From the sequence record SRR20825006_1147: 39,373 bases of DNA. One strand, 5' to 3'. The notes under the pieces are model-generated. The model did not search any database. It was not told where the DNA came from and worked only from the letters and a program-made list of their open reading frames with translations. Shown piece after piece: positions 35,167-39,373 of the stretch (within the stretch, counting starts at the first letter, position 1; every line of letters begins with the position of its first letter). Made by a program: the position numbers and the translations under genes.

Positions 35167-38100
35167 ATGTGCGTGTTAAGCAGAAATAGCACTCTAGTTA
35201 TTCAATGGTTCTTTTTAATATGCTTTTATAATTTGAGTTATACTCAAATTAAATATGATCTTAGAAATGAAACTTTAAAGGAGCAACTCACATTCTACCA
35301 TCTAGATACCCAAAACGGATTATCAAACAATACCGTTAAAACAATTGAACAAGACGAGTTAGGTTTTATTTGGATTGGCACATCTGACGGTTTGAATAGG
35401 TATGATGGGAACGAATTCAAAATTTTTAGGAAAGAGAATTCAAATATTCGCAATAATTACATTCAAAACATTTCATTTGAAAATTCTGGGGAGCTTAAAC
35501 TTGCAACCGATGGTGGACTGGTTACTTACAATCCGAAAAATGAAAGATTTTATTCCTTAAACGATTTCAATCCTCATTTAAAATTAAGCATCAATTCTTA
35601 CATAGATATCTCAGAAAATAGCTATGCAATAGGCGTTTACGGTCAAGGTATTTTTACTTTTAATGATACTGAAGAAACAACTTTTTTAAATTCAGAAACT
35701 TCTGATCTATCATCGAATAAAATATCTTGTATGGTAAAACAGGGATCAAAAGGTGCTTGGATAGGAACTTTTGATGAAGGCCTCAATTATTTTGACTTTC
35801 AAGCAAATAAGATTACACCAATTCCTTTAGTAATTGATGATGAGAAAGTTGAAGAAATCAACACCTTGTATTTAGATGAAAATCAAATTTTATGGATAGG
35901 TAGCAGTCAAGGCTTGATCGCTAGGTCTTACAATGGAAAACTTTATACCCTTAATGAAGGCTCTACCAAACAAACTTTGACAGATGACCAAATTTTAGCA
36001 ATTGAGAAAGATGACTATGGAAAGTTATGGGTAGGTACTTACTCAGGTGGTATTAATAGATTTGATATTAAAGCCTTTCTATCTAAAAGCCCTTCATTTA
36101 GCATAGATACCTATCAACCTCAAGATGATGGAACCAGCATAACAAATGCTAGCATCAATGCTCTTAAAAAAGACAGAAATGGATATTTATGGATAGGTAC
36201 AAATGCTGGGATAGATTTTGTAGATCCAAAAGGTGAGCCCGTAAAATTACTTAAGAATAATCTCAAGGGTGGTGCAAAACTTATTCATAATAGAATTACA
36301 GGATTAGAAGAATTAAAATCTGGCTTGATTTTAATAGCTACAGATGGAGGAGGCTTAGATTCTTTTAATCCTGACACTGGTATTTACAGTGATGCTGACT
36401 TTTTAGATTCAGATAAATTAAGAACAAAACATCTAAATTGTTTATTTGAGGACAACCAAGAAAAATTGTGGATAGGTACCTATCAAAAAGGACTACATCA
36501 ATATGACCCGAGAAATAATACTTGGAGTTACTATTTAAATGGATCTAAAGCTGATGGAAATGATGTTCGTTGTATTGCCCAAGATTCTAAAAATCAAATA
36601 TGGGTAGGAACTAATCGTGGCGGTCTTTTTAAATACGATTCTAGTAAAAAGAATTTTGTTTACATAAAGGCTTTAGATCAAATTACAGAAAGAATGGATA
36701 TAAGAGCCATTGATTTTGATTCTAATGGTGTATTATGGCTAGCAACCTACGGCAATGGAATTGTTAAATTCAATCCTGATAATAATGAGGTATTCTCTTA
36801 TTTTCATGGAAATCTTGATGGACTTACTAATAATGTCATATTTAGCATCAAAGTGCTTTCTGACGATACTATCGCAGCAGGTCAGAAATATGGAGGTTTA
36901 ATTTTATTTAAAGATGGAGATTCCTCGGGTAAAACCTATACAGAATCTCAAGGCCTTAGTAACAACACTATAAACAGTATAATTAATTATAATTCTCAAA
37001 AATTGTTCTTAGGCACCTACAAAGGCCTAAGTGAATTTAACCTTGGCAACAAACAGGTTAATAGCTTAAACTCCCTTTATAATATTCAAAAAAGTGAATA
37101 TAATGTTGGTGCCGCACTTATTAGTAAAAAGGGGTATCTATATTTTGGAGGTAACAAAGGAGTTAACATATTTACCCCTGAGGACCTAAAAAATCAAAAT
37201 GAAGCAAACACAATTATTATAAAAGACTTAAAAGTACATAATGAAGTTGTAAATGTTAGCCTTGATAATCCTAAGGCTATTCTTGACCAATCTATCATAT
37301 ATAAGGATCAAATAAAACTTCAGTACAATCAGAATAATTTTTCACTAGATTTTACTAGTTTAAATTTTCCCTTCGCTGCGTCTTTGAACTATTCTTATAT
37401 TTTAGAAGGCTATTATGATCAGTATACTCACTTAAAAAATTCTAATAGAATTAATTTCAGTAATATTCCTCCGGGGAATTATACGCTCAAAATCAAAGCA
37501 GAAAATCAAGCAAACAGCACACGCTTTAAAGAATTATCAATAATAATTTTACCTCCCTTTTGGCAGACATTGCCTGCTTATATATTCTATATAGTTACAT
37601 TAATTATAATCATTTGGGGTGGTTTAAAATATTACGCAGAGCGCTTAAAACTTAAAAACTCATTACTTTTTGAGCAGAAACAAAGACAGCTGGAACACGA
37701 ACTAAATGAAGAGCGTATTAGGTTTTACACTGGAATTTCACACGAGCTTAAAACCCCCCTCACTTTGATTTTGGCCCCGTTAGAATCGCTTATAGACAAT
37801 GTGATTCACAAAAAGCAACAGAAAAGTTTAAGACTCATAAAAAAAAATGCAGAACATTTATTGCAATTTATAAATAAGCTATTAGAATTTAGAAAAAGTG
37901 AAGAAGGTCTAAGTACTCTTCACCTAAATAGTTATGACTTAAATAAAAATCTGTCTCATTGGCTTGAATCGTACAAGCATCTTCTCAAGAAAAAGAATAT
38001 TAATTTAATATTTAATAAACCTGAAGCACCTGTATTGGTGGTCTGCGATCTCGAGAAAATTCACATTATCATTAATAATCTTATTACTAATGCTATTAAA

Positions 38101-39264
38101 TACAGTAACATTAATAGTAAAATATATGTAAAACTGTGTTCTAATGCCTCAGATGTAACTATTGAAGTTGCAGATATTGGAGCGGGAATTGACGAAACTG
38201 AAATACACCAAATTTTTGAGTGGTATTATCAAGCACACTCCAAAATTAGAAAAGGTGGTAGTGGTATAGGTTTAGCCCTTTCTAAACGCTTTGCTCAACT
38301 TCATAATGGTAATCTTTATGTGGTAAGTACTCCTCAAAAAGGAAGCACATTTACCCTCAGTTTTCCGGTTAGTCAGCCAAAGCAAAGTGAAGGATCACAG
38401 TCGCACCCAAAAAATACAATTGAGGACAATCTTGCAAATATACAGGCTACAATCTATGAAGAGTTAACTGTAAACGATGTCATTATAGGTGTAGAAAAAG
38501 AGAGAAAGCTTGCGTTGTTGATTGATGACAACCCAGATATCTTAGCACTGTTAGATAGTATTCTTGCTACAGATTATGATCTTATTCATGCGCAAAACGG
38601 ACAGGAAGGAATTTCACGTGCTATTAAATACATACCCGATATAATAATTAGCGATGTAATGATGCCTCAAAAAAATGGAATTGACCTATGCCGAGAGTTA
38701 AAAGAACAAAGAGCAACCTCACATATCCCAATTATTCTGCTTTCAGCTAAAAGTAATTTTGACATTATTGAAACAGGTTACAGCAAGGGCGCGGATGATT
38801 ATATGGTTAAGCCCTTTAATATTAAAGTTCTAAAAGCACGTATTGCTAATTTAATTGCTTCAAGAACCTCACTTTTACAAAAATATGAGACTCATGATGC
38901 AATTAATGCTAATGTAGATGCTGACGAACTTAAAGTATTAGATTCTGAAAAGGCATTTCTGAAAGAGTTCAAAGAAATTGTTCATCAAAATATACAACAG
39001 GATATTAAAACAATCGATACCATTTCTGAACAAATGAATATGAGTAGATCGTCATTATACCGAAAGATTAAAGCAATTACTGGAAAAAATATCAATGAAT
39101 ATGTTCGTAATATTAAAGTTGAACACGCCGCTTACCTGATTGAAAAAAAGAATTTTAATATTACTGAAGCCGCGTATGAGGTTGGTTATTTAGATCCTAA
39201 GTATTTCCGAAAAATTTTTAAGCAACGTTATGGGAAGACTCCATCTGCATTTAAATCAAATTGA
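35167..39264 (+). CDS. Hybrid two-component sensor/regulator HTCS-2
   Basis: Same architecture as HTCS-1: propeller repeats, PPFWQT + TM, SHELKTPL, NLITNAIKY, GSGIGL, ISDVMMP, MSRSSLYRK, VGYLDPKYF. Confidence 0.96.
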   Translation: MCVLSRNSTLVIQWFFLICFYNLSYTQIKYDLRNETLKEQLTFYHLDTQNGLSNNTVKTIEQDELGFIWIGTSDGLNRYDGNEFKIFRKENSNIRNNYIQNISFENSGELKLATDGGLVTYNPKNERFYSLNDFNPHLKLSINSYIDISENSYAIGVYGQGIFTFNDTEETTFLNSETSDLSSNKISCMVKQGSKGAWIGTFDEGLNYFDFQANKITPIPLVIDDEKVEEINTLYLDENQILWIGSSQGLIARSYNGKLYTLNEGSTKQTLTDDQILAIEKDDYGKLWVGTYSGGINRFDIKAFLSKSPSFSIDTYQPQDDGTSITNASINALKKDRNGYLWIGTNAGIDFVDPKGEPVKLLKNNLKGGAKLIHNRITGLEELKSGLILIATDGGGLDSFNPDTGIYSDADFLDSDKLRTKHLNCLFEDNQEKLWIGTYQKGLHQYDPRNNTWSYYLNGSKADGNDVRCIAQDSKNQIWVGTNRGGLFKYDSSKKNFVYIKALDQITERMDIRAIDFDSNGVLWLATYGNGIVKFNPDNNEVFSYFHGNLDGLTNNVIFSIKVLSDDTIAAGQKYGGLILFKDGDSSGKTYTESQGLSNNTINSIINYNSQKLFLGTYKGLSEFNLGNKQVNSLNSLYNIQKSEYNVGAALISKKGYLYFGGNKGVNIFTPEDLKNQNEANTIIIKDLKVHNEVVNVSLDNPKAILDQSIIYKDQIKLQYNQNNFSLDFTSLNFPFAASLNYSYILEGYYDQYTHLKNSNRINFSNIPPGNYTLKIKAENQANSTRFKELSIIILPPFWQTLPAYIFYIVTLIIIIWGGLKYYAERLKLKNSLLFEQKQRQLEHELNEERIRFYTGISHELKTPLTLILAPLESLIDNVIHKKQQKSLRLIKKNAEHLLQFINKLLEFRKSEEGLSTLHLNSYDLNKNLSHWLESYKHLLKKKNINLIFNKPEAPVLVVCDLEKIHIIINNLITNAIKYSNINSKIYVKLCSNASDVTIEVADIGAGIDETEIHQIFEWYYQAHSKIRKGGSGIGLALSKRFAQLHNGNLYVVSTPQKGSTFTLSFPVSQPKQSEGSQSHPKNTIEDNLANIQATIYEELTVNDVIIGVEKERKLALLIDDNPDILALLDSILATDYDLIHAQNGQEGISRAIKYIPDIIISDVMMPQKNGIDLCRELKEQRATSHIPIILLSAKSNFDIIETGYSKGADDYMVKPFNIKVLKARIANLIASRTSLLQKYETHDAINANVDADELKVLDSEKAFLKEFKEIVHQNIQQDIKTIDTISEQMNMSRSSLYRKIKAITGKNINEYVRNIKVEHAAYLIEKKNFNITEAAYEVGYLDPKYFRKIFKQRYGKTPSAFKSN

Positions 39265-39373
39265 GTTTGGTTTTGTTTATAAAGATAGATTGCTACCTAA
39301 AGACTAAATGACCAACAGCAAAATAAGATTATACTTGAAGGACAGAAACAGGTTTCATTAGTAAAAGCTTTTA

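Noticed and set aside
3710-35250. Gln immediately after many predicted signal-peptidase I sites (GNA|Q, LKA|Q, VFA|Q, VDA|Q, VYG|Q)
   Set aside because: Real, but this is the known Bacteroidota Q-rule (pyroglutamate formation), not novel.
39265-39373. Short ORF from ATG 39308 at the window end
   Set aside because: Stops after 17 codons with no supporting features.

Overview
Flavobacteriaceae-type (Bacteroidota) chromosomal window. The left half (1-14.2 kb) holds a partial GH13 lipoprotein gene, a CocE/NonD hydrolase, dsbD, tilS, a SulP transporter, an LpxR-like deacylase, a DinB protein, a sterol desaturase-like enzyme and cydAB. The right half (14.3-39.3 kb) is a polysaccharide utilization locus, probably for beta-1,3/1,6-galactan (type II arabinogalactan). 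It contains GH43_24-like, SusC, SusD, two DUF-type surface lipoproteins, GH2, a VCBS/ASPIC-UnbV lipoprotein and GH30, with two paralogous hybrid two-component regulators, each divergent from a glycosidase gene. The most unusual signal is non-coding, at 1096-1417: two tandem candidate small RNAs, each with a promoter-like element. They share a 49-nt core (G-rich UUAGGGG motif plus a GNRA-capped terminator) whose only two differences form a compensatory base pair. The longer RNA shows a third UUAGGGG in a hairpin loop, and a 10-nt complement of the core lies just upstream of the GH2 start codon. All calls come from reading the sequence by eye; no searches were run.
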